DNA from: Hydrolagus affinis
Taxonomy: Eukaryota
Assembly (NCBI GenBank): GCA_012026655.1
Contig: JAAILG010000823.1
Location: 1-64,000 of the forward strand
Length of the DNA: 64,000 nt
Reading direction: 5' to 3'
Notes under the pieces: model-generated
What the model was told of the DNA's origin: nothing
The model's database searches: none
The model's input: only the letters and a program-made list of their open reading frames with translations
Program-made: the position numbers and the translations under genes
In this document: positions 36,736-50,835 of the stretch, one piece after another
Position numbering within the stretch: position 1 is the stretch's first letter
How the letters are laid out: each line of letters begins with the position of its first letter

Positions 36736-38593
36736 GACAAACATTAAACAATCATTTAATAAAGTTAATTAACTATATCAAATGCAAGGATTATTACTAT
36801 TAATTATTATCATTATTTTATTTATGTCAAAACTCTCACACTCTGATATTTATGCCTTTTACGTTATGCTTTCCTCCGTCTCTGTCTACTTGCTCTGTCT
36901 CTCTCACAACCATGGTGGCCTCTCCCATCAAAGCCACTTTCATACTGATCAAGTAATAGGTAAAACATTTCTCTACATCGGTCATTGATACACTCAGGCA
37001 TCAGAAGGTAACTTTAAAACAATTACTATTATTAATGCCATTAACTCCAGCTCCCTCCACCACCACACACACACTTGCTAACAAGCGTTCAACATCTAGA
37101 TTTAGAGAAACTCAACAAAATATAGACAAGGAAAATATGGAAAAATAAGTATTGTCAAAGCTTGAATTGATTTGTGAAATTGAATACATCAAGCAGAGAG
37201 GCAATCCGACATTGCTATAGAAACAATCCCAAGTTAATGGCATCTGGGAACCAACTTGTTTGAATTCAAGGCTTGGTTGGCCGTGAATGTTTTTTCCTAT
37301 GTTCACACAATTCCAACTTTGAAATTCTGGAAAACAAAGTATGAATCAGATAACAAATACAGTAAAGCACAAAACAAAAAAAAATTGCCTCTTAAAAGAC
37401 TGGCCAAATCAGAACTCTGGCCTCCTATACAAACAAGAATTCCCAGAAGCTGTATCTGTTTCAACATCTGTGTTCTGTCAGAAACCCTCAACAAATTACA
37501 GACGAGGAACATTTTGAAAGCATTGTTGAAGAAATTTGAAAGAAATGAAATCAGTTCCCTTTTCTGGGTATTTGCATTCAGTCAAGGCTGTGCCCCTCCC
37601 CCCACTTCAATCATCTCTATAGGGAGAGAGCAAAACAATTGAATTGGGTTAAATATCCAATAGAACAAATTGGCACAACCCCAAACAAGCAAGTGTTACA
37701 AACAGAAGAGCAAGTTAGTACAGACTGTGGAGTATTGCGTTAACATGTGGGGGACAATGGGGAGAAAAGAACGGGGAATTACAGGACAGCAATGGATAAA
37801 GTGATACGTTAAAATTGTTGCCTTACTTGGCAGAGTGTATTGGAATGCATCCAAGAACTATAGTGTGCATATCTGGTGCACAAACTCACAACACGGCACA
37901 AACGCTAGCACAGAGAACGGGTGTGCACAGAACAAACAAGTCTGCAGTCCCCCAAAGTATTGCCAGCAAATCAGACTGATGTGGCCCCACCATACATTTC
38001 CTGACGGAGCACGGCAGAGTCAACACTTAGGAGAAACTGGATGCATCTTAGCCTCGCTGTCACGTGGATCTTTGTCAGTTAGAAGCATTATTATTCTAAC
38101 CTTTGCTCTCGAGCCCCAAATGGGACTCAATGAATTGCCTACACGTGACATGAAAGCAGCGTTTAAACTGCTAATTCATTGCTGACGACTGCAGGCTCCA
38201 GAAGGTACAGGAAAGTACAGGAAAGTTCACAATTGTTGTACTTTTAATCTAAAACCCTAGTCTGACAGGTAGTAAAAGGCAGTAAACATTAAATTACAAG
38301 CTGTCAATCGACCTCAATAGGCCTCTGGCATTTTAGTTAAGATTACCCTGCGAGCCTAAGTCAAGAAAGCAACTCACTACCCAGGCCACTTTTTTCATCT
38401 GTTATTTCTCCCCCGTGTGAAACTGGTGGCAGGAGGTCATAATCTCAAAGGAAGACTAATATCTTACTAATAAAGGTAAAATAGGCTTGTCTGTTGACTG
38501 CTCATAATAGCACATGTGGTCATGAGGTGATTGGCAATTAATCTGAAGCATTGTTGGTCAGAACATTGAGATAGGCTAACTGTATCCGTTATA

Positions 38594-38787
38594 TAATAAT
38601 CCTTGCAAATGATATAGCGCTTTTTGATGTCTTCTAGACGTCTCAAAGCGCAAAGTGAATTGACTGTATATTTGTGGGCAAATCGCGGCAGCCAAATGTT
38701 CACAGCAGTGTCCCACACAAACAGCCGTGGATTGAAATGACCAATTTATTATAGTTTTTTTGGCAGGCGATTATTAGCAGGCGTATA
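38594..38787 (-). mobile_element. Deu SINE, 5'-truncated
   Basis: Family match. Confidence 0.82.
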
Positions 38788-40029
38788 ATCTGAATCTGAA
38801 TATTTCTTTATACTGTAATAAATATTAATACTTCCAACAGGGTTATCCCTGACACTGCTCTTTCACTGGTATGTACATTCCCAGCTTCTGTACCCTCTGC
38901 GAACTCAAGTACTTAATTTCAACGATGAGTATTATGGCCCTTAGCAGCACCAAGATTGCCTTATTGTAATACAGGGAGCAGACCAGCACTTTATTCTGCA
39001 TGTATAGCACTGAGAGAGCAATCAATACTATGGGAGAATGAATGACTCTTAATAATAATATAATAAGAAGAATCCTTGCATTTGATTCGAACAAAGATCT
39101 CAACAATCATAACTTGACATGGGACTGTTAAACAGTGCATCAGTTTAACAGATGCCAATAAGGCATCAGAAATGTCTCCCCTTTCCCTTTGCGCTGCAGC
39201 TTGGTACAGTATATTACCGGACAAGGTCTAATACAATTTCCTTTTCAATTCTTTGCAGTTTACGTCGAACATCCCCACACACTCGGCAGCAGCAATCCCT
39301 CAGTATTTCATGAATTGCATTGCTCTCTTGATTGGTTTGTTAAATATACATCAGATATATGCTGAAATCTTCGCTTTAAGCATTTACAGAACCAAGCTAT
39401 TTGCATTCTCACTTGAAAGGCGTGACTAGCTGCCATCAATCATTTATCAACTGTTCATAATGAGTTATCAGTTTGAAATGGCGTCCATTACAAACAAAAG
39501 TCATAAGCTGAAAGTGAAAGAGAGCCTGAAAGATTTCACTTGACAAGTGAACGCTACGGATTTTGTCAGAACAAGTGGCCAGTGTAGTATCCATTCGATC
39601 TTTGAGGAAATAGTCCGATAGAAGTACCATAAATGTGGGTGAAATCAATATATCAAATGAAGTAAGGCAATGGCCCATAAGGATGTGACACACATCAAGG
39701 AAAGCCTGTGAGTAACGGGGTCATAGACAAATTGTCCATTGAGGCTTTCGAAAGCCACTGCTGAAAACAGTTCTCAACATCAACATGAGTAGCAAGTTGC
39801 TCTGCAACATCCTGGACTAGAAAATTAGATGTTTGTAGGAAAGCAGTGATTAGTAACACAACCTTCTCAAAGCACAATATTCATTAACCACGATAGCAGG
39901 ACAGTTCAACCCAGAACAAAAGAGCTAAAGGCACAAAAATAGTTTCCAAAAATACATGGAACCACTATGCCGCTGATCTGGGCGCGATAATAAGCTTCTG
40001 CTTATTGATAAAGTGTCAGTAGAAAATGC

Positions 40030-40375
40030 CTCAGTAAGCTGTGGGCTCACATCCCATGTGTGGTTTTGCGCTCACAGTCCACGCTGACAATGCAGGGAGA
40101 GGGAGAGCATCGCACTGTCAGAAAGCCCAATCCTCTAATGAGATGTAAAACGAAAATCTCATTTGCCTAATCAGGCAGATATGCAAGATCCCATGACACC
40201 ATCTGAAAAGAGAAGGAAGTTTCTCTCTGTGCCTGAGCCAATAATTCTCCAGATAAACTGGTCAGTCGCTTCATGGCTGTTTATGAATCTTGCTGTGTGC
40301 AAATTGGCTGCCACGTATGCTTGCTTAAACAAAGATGTACTACATGTGACAGTAATTAGTGTGCAGCACTTTTGA
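40030..40375 (+). mobile_element. Old SacSINE1/AmnSINE1-like SINE
   Basis: GCTGACA..CGCACTGTCAG..AGATCCCATGACAC..TCTTGCTGTGTGCAAATTGGCTGCC. Confidence 0.7.
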
Positions 40376-43300
40376 CATTGACGTTACATAAGCTGCAAAA
40401 ATGTGAGGCCTTCTTTCTTTCTACATTAACAAACAATGTACGGAGCAAAGTGCAAATATGTCCATTTATATTCATTTTCCATCCTGGATGTGAAGAAATC
40501 AATGGGACATGTTCTTGATAAAAAAAGCTGCAACTTAATTTAAAACAGGGCAAATGTTATGGCTTTGTTACTGGTGAGAGCATAGATTTGCTTTATTTAT
40601 GTGGATTCCGTTGCCAATGGCAGAATGCACACCACACTTGTCGAGATCATCAGAAATTTTTGATGGAAGAGCAGCAACAACAATCACAGGAATCAAAGCA
40701 CAGCTGCACAGCTTGCATATTACCAGGAATAGTTGGCTTCAGTATTGACAGCACAAGTGTCCAGGCAGAGTGGATAAATGGCATAGGAATTAATACTTCC
40801 TGAGGTCTGTCTGTATCCTGTTCACATCCCCAACATGTTGCATATCACCTAAACTTGGCATGAATGGATCTTCTAGAACACATCAAGGGCCGTGTTTTCA
40901 TTCACCTTCCAAAGTGCGCTGGACAGAACCAGATGAAATCCAGAAGTGCAATAAAAATATCATCCGACGCAAGGTACATCGCATTAACAATGAAAGTCAT
41001 ATGGTATTAGTGATCCGTGCTGGTGATGAGGGTAACCCACAGGTTGGCAGTCTGGCACAGAGCACAAGTTTGGAAACATTGACAAACTAGGTTCGAAATC
41101 CATTGACATCAGCATCCAAATGAAACAAGAGTTCTATTCATCCCACCTTTAGAAGGAAATTCCAGATATTCCAGGAAATAGAATGTGCACTTCCTGCTTA
41201 GAAGGATCCTGTTTACCTAATTCCAGAAAGAATTCAGCAAAAGTTGCCAAAAAAACAAGGCTTGGAGACCCCGTAGTGTGTGGTGTAAATGTTCTAGTCC
41301 AACAGCTAAAACCACAGCTTGCCATTGAGAGCAGCCTGGCAAGCTTTCCCACCACTTGTCCAGCTACGACCACCCTACCCGTTAGGGCTTTGGCTTGTAG
41401 AGTTAAGGGGAATTGAGTGGAAAGAGTCCCTGCCCCCATTAACTGGTCTCTCCTTCCAAGTCCTGCCGATGAGCCAGCAGCAGTAGATTGCAGTGTCCAA
41501 ATTCTCAGAACCTTTTGAGTGAAGAATGATACCCAAAAGCCCTTGATGTCAAAGTTTGTAAAGTGTACCATTGTTGAAAAACAGTGAAGGACTGTCTGAA
41601 TGTGCAAAGCCGGCGGGAATGGTACTCTGCGTACACATGTAAATACCCTGCAGCGTAGATTGAAATATTGCACCTCTGTGGACCGGATATTAAGGATTGT
41701 ACAACATTGGCACAGCGAGAAGAAACTCAGGCAAAATCATCCAACAAACATTTTTGCAAGATATCAAACACGTTGCTTACATAATTGTAACTTCTGCATG
41801 TTTGTTGAGCTTAGTTTACTTTGTGAAATCAGTGCACTATTCCATTATTGCAAGAAAGCTTCCTTTGCCCATCTATCACAAAGTGGTGATCATCAAAGAT
41901 ACATCAACAGAGTGCTGTAAATATTGCTCGTAAGGGAATTCCTTCCCCACCCAAACAAAGAGAGGGAAGAGAATGCAAAGTAAGAAACAGTGGCAAGGAA
42001 AGTTACGTGAGCATTTGAAGCAAAGGTTTATGATCTGCCACCCCGCTGTGGATATATCCAAGATTCACAGTACGAATCCTGCACTGAAACGTGTAAGAGG
42101 CCATGTTGCACTGCAACCTCTAATGAGATTCCCAGCTTTGACTACCAGGTTGAAGGAGAGCGATGAAGGTAGGATTCCTGACTAGACTGAAATAGAAAGC
42201 TTGAAAATATTAAGTAAAGAAATGATAAATTAAAGGGATCGACTGTGAAGGAACTTTCGCTAAAGAATACATTTCTTTGCCCACTGCAATGTAAGCTGAG
42301 CTACTTTGAAAACAGTATGGAACAGTTTTCTGAAAAAAACAATCAAATTCCTTGAACAGGATGTTTGTTGACTAGCAGACTAAAAACCAGTCGTCAGTTA
42401 CAACTTTGCGAAAGGTTGATGAAATCTGGGTGAGCGAAAGAACAAGCAACTAGATGTCTCAGGTTTCTCTTGCTATGTACTTGGGCCAAAGTACTTCAAC
42501 TTTCACTCCAAAAGTGTTATTGACCTATCACTGGAGATGCCTTGATGCTTTACTGTGTTCTTTCTCCATAAACTCTTATTTTTCCACAATGGGCAATAAA
42601 TCAAATTACTTTTGAAGCTCATACATTTGTCTCTTCCCCCTTGGCTCTCCCTGGCCCCCTATCACCTCGATCATCTGCATGGATCTCATTAGAATCTGGT
42701 CTCAAAATCTTAGTTCAGTAAATAAAAGCAGCAATGTTTCCAAGACTTGTAACTTAACCCATACTGGAAACTAGTCAAAATGAACTGAGCCAACAATGCA
42801 CTGAGAAATGGTTTGTTTGCATGCCAAAGTATGACTGAAAATAAACAAAACTTGGACCCCACCACCAGAAAGTCTCTCTCCCCCCAGACCCTCTACCCAG
42901 GAGAGGAGCTGCCCCCAAAGGCTATCTTCAATTGTAAGACCACTCTTCCCCCTGCTGAATAAACCCCTCATATTTATAGCGATACAAATCTGAGCCTGCT
43001 GACATTTTCAATGCCAACATTTCTGCAAACATGTGGATTAACTTACCAGAAAAGGCATTGAAGCAAATAAAATAAATGGGTTCAAGACACGACCAGCTTT
43101 GGGGATTGAAGGCTACGGTAAGAAGATGGGCTGAGATCAGTCAATAAGGAGGCAGCTGTGTTTTGAGAAAAGCAGCCTGTGTCTTTTCCTAAAGGAGTGA
43201 TGGGGTGGGCACCTAACTAAAACTGCTGCACAATAGCAATAAATTCTGGTCCCTTGCGCTCTGCTCCCCCCTCCCCACCCACATTCCAATTATACATTTG

Positions 43301-44150
43301 CAGGAAACTAAACAAATAAGGAGAACCAGCAATTTATTGGGGAGATGGGAAGAGTAGAAAAATCTCTCCCCATGTGTTTCCAGGATGATTTGCGCAATCT
43401 TTTGTTTTATTGGAAGTGTTAGGAGATTGAACAAGCGGTTTTGGCAAATAGGGCAACAGGATCACAGCAAGTGGGCTGGAAAACAAAGCGATAAATCCGA
43501 TTTATCCCAGACATTGTAACCATCACCTAAATTCACAATGGTGGAGGTTTCACATCCCTGTTGACACTGCCGTGCCCTTTTATTTGTTGCCCTTGTTTTG
43601 GTTCAGACGATAGTGCCCATTAGTTCCGCCCACACCACGACATATACGTTTTTCACACTTGTCTCGATTCATGAATGCGTGAAACATACGTCACTCGCAG
43701 GTATCTCTTGAGATAACCATGAACTCACATCACATTAACAGCAACATATCTCAAACAAGGGCCAAGAACTTCACATAAAAACACTTATTTTTCCCCTAAT
43801 CATTGTGCCACTCAGGGCTTGGTGTGGGTTTATACATGTGTGATTCTTCCAGTCTGTGTGTTCACAATCCTGGATTGTGCTATCAAGGTGGTGTTGAGCA
43901 GCGGGCAGTTATTCCACCATGGAGGTGGGGAGTGGGAGGAAACAACTACACTCAGCGAGAGAGAGAGAGGCCTCAAACGCAGGCATATACAAGGCCGGGA
44001 GAGAGAGCATGTGAAACAGACAGTAATGGGATGGACGCAGTTTCAGAAAGAGATTGAGTGAGAGAGATAGAGGGAGAGAGAGTGAGAGAGATGGAAGGAA
44101 GAGAGATGTAGGCAGAGAGAGAAAGAGCAAGGGTAAGATTGAGGGAAAGG

Positions 44151-44399
44151 ATAATAATAATAATCCTTGCATTTGGTATAGCGCTTTTCACGTCTTCTCA
44201 ACGTCTCAAAGCGCTTCACAGAATATACTGTAAAGTGAATTGATTGTGTATATGTGGACGAAACGTGGCAACCAATTGCACACAGCAGCGTCCCACACAC
44301 AGTCGTGGATTGAAAATGACCAATTTCATTATTTTTGGGGGGAGTAATTATTATCAGGTGTGTGGAGTAAGGAAACTTGCCCAAGATTTTGCCCTGACC
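44151..44399 (-). mobile_element. tRNA-derived Deu SINE lacking the head
   Basis: High-identity family match next to a GA-rich tract. Confidence 0.88.
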
Positions 44400-45044
44400 G
44401 GCCTAGAAGAGACTATGAAAGGGTTAAAGGGCAACTTAGCTCAGGCTGACTTATGTCTCCCAGCAACCACTGTAAAGTGACATTGGCACAGGTGGTTAGA
44501 ACCAGACACTTGCCCTTGGGGAGGTGGGGGGGAATAAAGACAAAATAATTTGAGAAATTTATTGCCTTTAGCTTCAGACAAGTTTAGTTCAGTTTGAAAC
44601 TGCTCATAAGGTCTGTCGCCTTTATCAGGCTGAACAGTGTGAGTGAGGCATTATGCCCCGTGTACATTACAGCTCAGAGAAAAATCCTGAATGGGTTTAT
44701 TTTCCTTTGCTGTGAGGGAAGGGGTGGGGGGGGAAGAGAGTGGCAAAACAAAACCCACTCACCCGTGCCAATTTACACTGCATACAATAGGGAGAAAGAG
44801 TCCCCACCCACACATAGCTCGTCAGGCAGGCATACAGAACGAAAGAGAGAGAGAGAGAGCTAGAGAATAAGGGAATAAGAGTGAGACAGAGCTAGCGAGA
44901 AGAAAACTCACGTAACCCGTAGAGACTGTATTGGGACAAACAAAACAGATTCCCAGAGAGAGAGACACGCACAGAAATGGTCACACAGAAAGATAAAGTC
45001 CTGGGACACCAGGCTAGCTAATTCTATGTTCATTGCTATTCAAG

Positions 45045-45195
45045 CTGTGGATCTTTGTTGTCCATCTGTGGAGGCAGACAGGACCTGCATTTAACAACAT
45101 GTCACAAGGAGAGCTCCTGTTCCAGGACAGCAGAATCCTGTTACTAACAGGAACCATTAGCACCGGGTATGGATTGAAGTCAAGACTCAATCGCA
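45045..45195 (-). mobile_element. Old SacSINE1-like SINE fragment
   Basis: GGATCTTTGTTGTCCATCTG..GGCAGACAGGACCTGCATTTAAC matches the reverse complement of the core. Confidence 0.5.
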
Positions 45196-47552
45196 GGACC
45201 TCGGAAGCCCAACACATGGGAGCCGAGCCAATTGGCAACCAATAGGTCCATATCTTCTAGTTTTATGTGATCTCCTGGGTGCCTCTCAACCTCAAAAAAT
45301 AAATCTTATTCAAGGATGTTTCTCACTAAAACTATAAAGCCTGCTCTAGCAACTCGTTTTCTCGTTTCCAAGTCAAGAAACTTCTGTTCTGCAATTTAGG
45401 AAAAATGCAACACTTTCTCCCATCACTCAGCTGCATCACTGCTCCAAACTTTAAAAAAAAACTCTTGGAGGGTGAATTTTGCTCTCGCGATCAGGGATGT
45501 TTCTGATGAGGAAATGGAACACTTAGCTTGTAAAGACCCCTAACGTTAGCCTTGCCCATTCCCTAGTTTAGGTGCATTACATGCAGATGCACAGCAATAA
45601 TTCCCACTAATCTGTCCCAACCTCAAAAATGCATTAGTCCAGTTTCCCCTCCCTGTTGTGTTATAAGAGCATGAGGAATTGGATTGAAAAAATAATTTCA
45701 CCCAGAACATTTATAGCTAACAGATCTGACTTTCAGCCCATCAGTCAAGCGGGAATTTAAACCCAGCTTCTAATACTCTACAAGCGTCGTTCTGGTAAAG
45801 AAAGCACTTTGTCCATTTGATCTCATACTTCCAGAATGCCTACCTTTTGCCTTTGAGAGCATCAAGTTGTTCTGGCCTCAGCTGCCCTTTCCTGAAGCCC
45901 GTCCTAGCTATTGATTAGGGTCTGAGTAAACAAATTCTTGACCTAAAATTACATTCACAACCCTAATACTACATCATCCTATACTGCTGCCTTCAGGTAT
46001 CCCAAAGCATCTTTCTGAATTTCCAGTATCCTATTTAGCAACTTACAAACCTCCAAAAAGTCTTCACATGACCTGCTTGTCAAACTGTATTAAGACTGGC
46101 CTAATGCTTCCAAGATAAATTATTAGTTTTAATGTTGATTGAATTAGGTTTGGATCACTATAGGACTGAGAGACCAGTTTAAAGTTCAGACTCCAGATAA
46201 AGTTGTCATTGTCTTTATAATCCAAGCACAAGGAAGGCTTGTGTTAACAACGCCAGTTAAATCTATGTACAACAAATTCCAATCTTGAAATATACCAACC
46301 TGTAGCAGGTGTCCAATTTCACAACAAACTTTCAAAAGAAATCCCCCTTTTCCTTTCAAATGAGAGAGATCCTCATTCCAATCTCCGTTGTTGGTATCAC
46401 AGGAAAAAAAGACCAATTGTAAGTTATGCAACTGTTCAGCTGTCATAGGGATTAGCAAAAGGATCTGGTGCAAATATCTCACTATTTCAGGCGCTGTATT
46501 GAATGCAAGGATTATTATTTATATGATTATTATTTGGGGTCACAGTAGCTTTGCGCTGAGCATGTTGCTTAATCAAAGTACTGTACCATGAAGCTATCCT
46601 TGATGGATAGATGACCTGGAGATGGAAGCTAACCCTTACCTGTAGGATCTTTATCAGCCAACAGTACAGGTAGATGGGATCTCATTTTTTTTTTATCTCA
46701 CCTGAAGGATTGAGCCGCATGGTAAAAGATTAAGGAAATAGCATTTCCCTTTGGTGTCACACACCAACCCTTTAAACCACTGCTCTTAAACCAGCTCTTA
46801 AAATGAGAGATACAGTAGCTAAACTCTACTCTAACTTAATCTGGTATTACACAACCCAGTTGGATAGTGATCAGAAATAATTGGTTAAATAGTCTGCTTT
46901 ATGTTCTATTCCGGTCTGCTTCTGGTTCTAAGATGACAGACCAGATACAATAATCACAGAGTGAAGTGTTGGAGTTGCTGGCATCCAAGAAAGATAACAC
47001 AGTGGGAGCCACCACGAAAATATGGAAGGGAGACAATAAATCAGAATGGGCCAATCACATTTCAAAACTCTTTAAAAGATAAACTGATTAGCATCAATGG
47101 ATGTTGATATCTCACTGAGCAAGCTTCCCTTTTCAACAATCACCTAAACAAAAGATCTGAAAGTTCCTACAAAGTAGTCACTTGTAGTTCCAACAGAATT
47201 CCACAGTTTCTGTGCTGGGATGCAGGTTAAAATGGCATTTGAATTGTCCTTTAGCTCCACTGGATGAATTGAGCCAGCCTTGTTTAGGCTGTTAGGGAAT
47301 GCCTCAAAGTAGGAAAAGTAGCTGCAAGTGTGAATGACCTATCGCTTTCCAATTGCTTCAAGACCAGATCTCACTGCTGGCACCTCTAGCTGAAAATGGG
47401 TGATCTTTTATACCTTTTTCCTTATCAAGTGCCCATCTAATTCCCTTTTGAAAGTTATTATTGAATTATTGAAGATGAGGATTTCTCTTTCAATGAGGCA
47501 CACAGTTGGGAGATCAACATTACACACACAACATATTTGTTGGTCCTGTGTG

Positions 47553-47830
47553 GTGTCCTGTAGCTCAGTAGTTAGAACACTCGCCTTAAAGCAAGAGACC
47601 TGGGTTTGATTCCAGGTAGGGCGAGTTTCCTTACTTCATACGCCTGATAATAATCCCTCAAGGAAAAAAAAAATTGGTCATTTCAATTCGCGACCGTTTG
47701 TTGGCCATTGTTGTGCCCAATTGGCTGCCACGTTTCGCCCACAAATATACAGGCAATTCACTTTACAGCATATTCTGTGAGGCGCTTTGAGATGTCTAGA
47801 AGCGCTAAAACAAATGCAAGGTTTATTACA
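47553..47830 (+). mobile_element. tRNA-derived Deu SINE, near full length
   Basis: GTGTCCTGTAGCTCAGTAGTTAGAACACTCGCC head, body, Deu box and tail. Confidence 0.87.
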
Positions 47831-48982
47831 ATTAAAGAATCAGTTAAATAACAACACTCAAGACGACCAGCAAACATATCCAAATAACTGTAGCAAACCA
47901 CTAACTAAAAATGACGCAGCAAAATACACCTAGTTCTGGCAATCCTAAAGAAACATGTGCTGGGTTCCACGCAGACAAACATACCTATTAAAGAAAAACA
48001 GTAGCTGAAACGACTCTTGAAGACTGAATCAACATGAAAACACGGCAAGGATCCCTAACAGGAAGAAATTCTATTGTCTCATTGCCGGAGATAGCAAAAT
48101 GTTATAAAGTAGATACGGTATATTCTCCTCCCCACCCATATCCCCGTTGGTATTCGTTCTTGCCATGTTTTTCATCGTCTTGGGCCAGCTCATGATTCAC
48201 ACATACCACATTATTCACTCGCTTGAGAAGAACACAAATATACAGATAGGACATTTTAATGCACACCAAGTTCAGGCGCAATACACTCAGGACTGAGAGC
48301 TGAGTAGTGATACTATTGGCACAGGTTAGAAAAAATGTCCAATTCACCATTGATGCCTCGCAAGCACCAACTGGATGTTACAGGAAGCAATTCAACGGAA
48401 GCAAAATCAAGCCAATTTTCTCGAGGGCTGCACGATGGGAAGATTGGGGGGGAAGGGGGGGAATTAATTATAAGAAGTTTAATATTATCAGTTGCCAAAT
48501 CCAAAATATAACCAGCAGCCCACACAATGGGAAGATAACCATTTCAATATAGTCAATGCTATTATTACAAATGGTTATATCCAAAAGAGTTTCTTGATGA
48601 CTGGAATCATTTTAGCTCCTTACCAATAGTTTTTTTTTGATCTGCTGCCCAGTGGTCACCAAGTTTCCCTGACTATTCCACTGTGACAACTTCCACTTGA
48701 GATTTGGTGAGGTTGCAAGTGGTCAGATTTCCACTGCTTGCAAGATTTGATTCTTTTCCCGCTACAAACGAATAGAAAAGAGGAGGAAATGACTGGAAAC
48801 AAATAGAAGCCAGGGGTTTATGGAGGAATGGCTAGCATGATTTCCAAAAGAATAGCAAGAGAAGCTGGTGAGGCGTTCCGGCAGTAGGCATTAGTAAGAT
48901 GACTGTACTAGCAGAGTGGGAGAGGGGACGGGAGGGGGCAAGTGATTGTGGACAGATAAGAGTATCACTGATCTCAACTTAC

Positions 48983-49188
48983 AGAGCTGAAGTCTGCAAA
49001 ACCCAAAGAAGAGTCTTTAGAAGTTTTACTTGAGGAAGTAGGCGCGAAAGGATCTTTACCGATGAAAGGGTCGACAAACCCCTTTTTAGTCTGAAATGGA
49101 TCACCGTCACCAGCACCAGAGGGCTGGAAAGGATCGTGGGACTTGGCGGAATCGGCCGAGCCTGGCCTGTTTACAGGGGTACTTTTAC
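48983..49188 (-). CDS. EPS15L1: EPS15L1 penultimate coding exon (DPF repeats)
   Basis: Minus strand ttctag|GT AAA encodes (G)[68 protein letters not shown], with four DPF motifs and FADF. Donor TCT|GTAAGT. Confidence 0.95.
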
Positions 49189-50097
49189 CTAGAAAGTTTA
49201 GAAAGAACAGAATTATTTCCCACCTTAAAGTACGGTCAGGTCAGGTAAGGTTGTTAACCCCTTCACCAGCAGCATCGCGTCCCATTTCCGTTGGATTATT
49301 ACTCTCATGGGGGGATTCTGACCTAGAATTTTGAAGCAAGTGTTGCTTATTGGTGTCCCAATGCACTGGAGTAAAAAGCTCAATTGGATGTTATGTTTAA
49401 TGTCCCCATTCTGCTGAATTACCAATCTCGCCTTCATTGCTGTGAACAGGCATTGAGTAGAGGCCAAATGCCTCCTCATAGTCCATGCAACGTCAGACCG
49501 GGTTAAAGAGAATTGGCAGAAACATCGGAGCAGGTTGTCCTGAGGATAGAATCAACTTTGATTTCGATGTTAAACGATCACTCAATTTACAGAAGGCCAT
49601 GCATGCAGATGCAAAAGCTTCTACTATTTGCAATAACCAAAAAGGATTGTAATGCAATCCCTCCCCCCACAATCCCCACCCCCCCCACCCCACAAAAAAA
49701 CAAGTGTGATATAGGAGGCGGTGAAGAGGTTAATCTGTCTTTTAGAAAATGGAACCACAAAAAAAATTATTTTGCATTCGATCACACCTGAAAAAAACGC
49801 TGTGGAAATGTTTGCCAAATGCTAAGTTCATGCTATGTCCTTGCAAGGCTACAGATGCCAGCATAAAATGAGCAGGCAACATTTGTGAACAGCAAACGTG
49901 TGGTAGGTTCTTCATATCCCGACATGAACGCAGGAACAGGCAATGTTCTGCAGAATTAACAAAGGTATGATCGAACGGCAATGACATACAGTGCCTGTAC
50001 CTCGGCAGAGAGGTCAACTGGATGGCTCCTGAGCCTTCACAATACACATGTACGTATGCTATTGCTCAACATATTGTGCAAATCGCGTCTAAAGTAG

Positions 50098-50192
50098 GGA
50101 GGGAAGAGAGAGAAGGCGAGGGGGAAGAGAGAATGGGAGAGCAAGAGAGAGAGAGGGAGAGGGAGAGAGAGATAAGGAGGGAGAGAGAAAGG
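50098..50192. repeat. GA-rich polypurine tract
   Basis: About 95 nt of almost pure purine. Confidence 0.9.
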
Positions 50193-50559
50193 GTTCATCA
50201 AAGTTTCCTTGCAGGTTTAAACATATTTACAAGTTTCAAATATAAAACAACCTAATTACCTGCAGGAATAAAGGTTAAACAAAGGGTAAATCCATTCCCA
50301 TTATTACTGTGTGATTGGCTTGTCAATTGCCTCCTTCAACAGAAGAAGATGACTGTCTGCATCACTTATATTTCTTATGAGGTGCTGGAATCAGGGAAGA
50401 CACCATTCTTTAAGACCCTTGTAAAACAAGTGAAAAACTAAGCACACAATTTTGTAAAAAGGCAATTAAAAAAGAAGCAGCTTCCACGATGGAGCAACAC
50501 AATGTACAGGTCTCAATGTGGGATCCTGGCCACAATTCTCCAAGCTATGAGTCTCTGGC

Positions 50560-50835
50560 CCATATTGCTAGGACAGGATGGCAAGCAAGCACAGGCATTG
50601 CTCCTGAGTTGATACTGGGAGATACTCCATTCTCTTTTCAAATAACGTCATGGGATCCTTCAGTGTTCACCTGAACAGGAAGACTGGACTCAATTTAAGG
50701 TCTCACCTTAAAGACGGCTCCTCCGAACGATGGACCCCTTCTCTAGCAGTGCATTGGATTGTTAAATGAGTCTAACACCTCAAAGACCCAACCTGGCCCC
50801 TGAAACCACCTGAGGTAGGAGAGCCACCTAACTAA
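50560..50835 (-). mobile_element. Old SacSINE1/AmnSINE1-like SINE
   Basis: CATGGGATCCTTCAGTGTTCACCTGAAC..TTTAAGGTCTCACC..AAAGACGGCTCCTCCGA matches the reverse complement of the core. Confidence 0.65.

Noticed and set aside
41149-41673. 174-aa minus-strand ORF in the EPS15L1 last intron
   Set aside because: No recognisable homology or DPF motifs, and the flanking EPS15L1 exons already join in phase.
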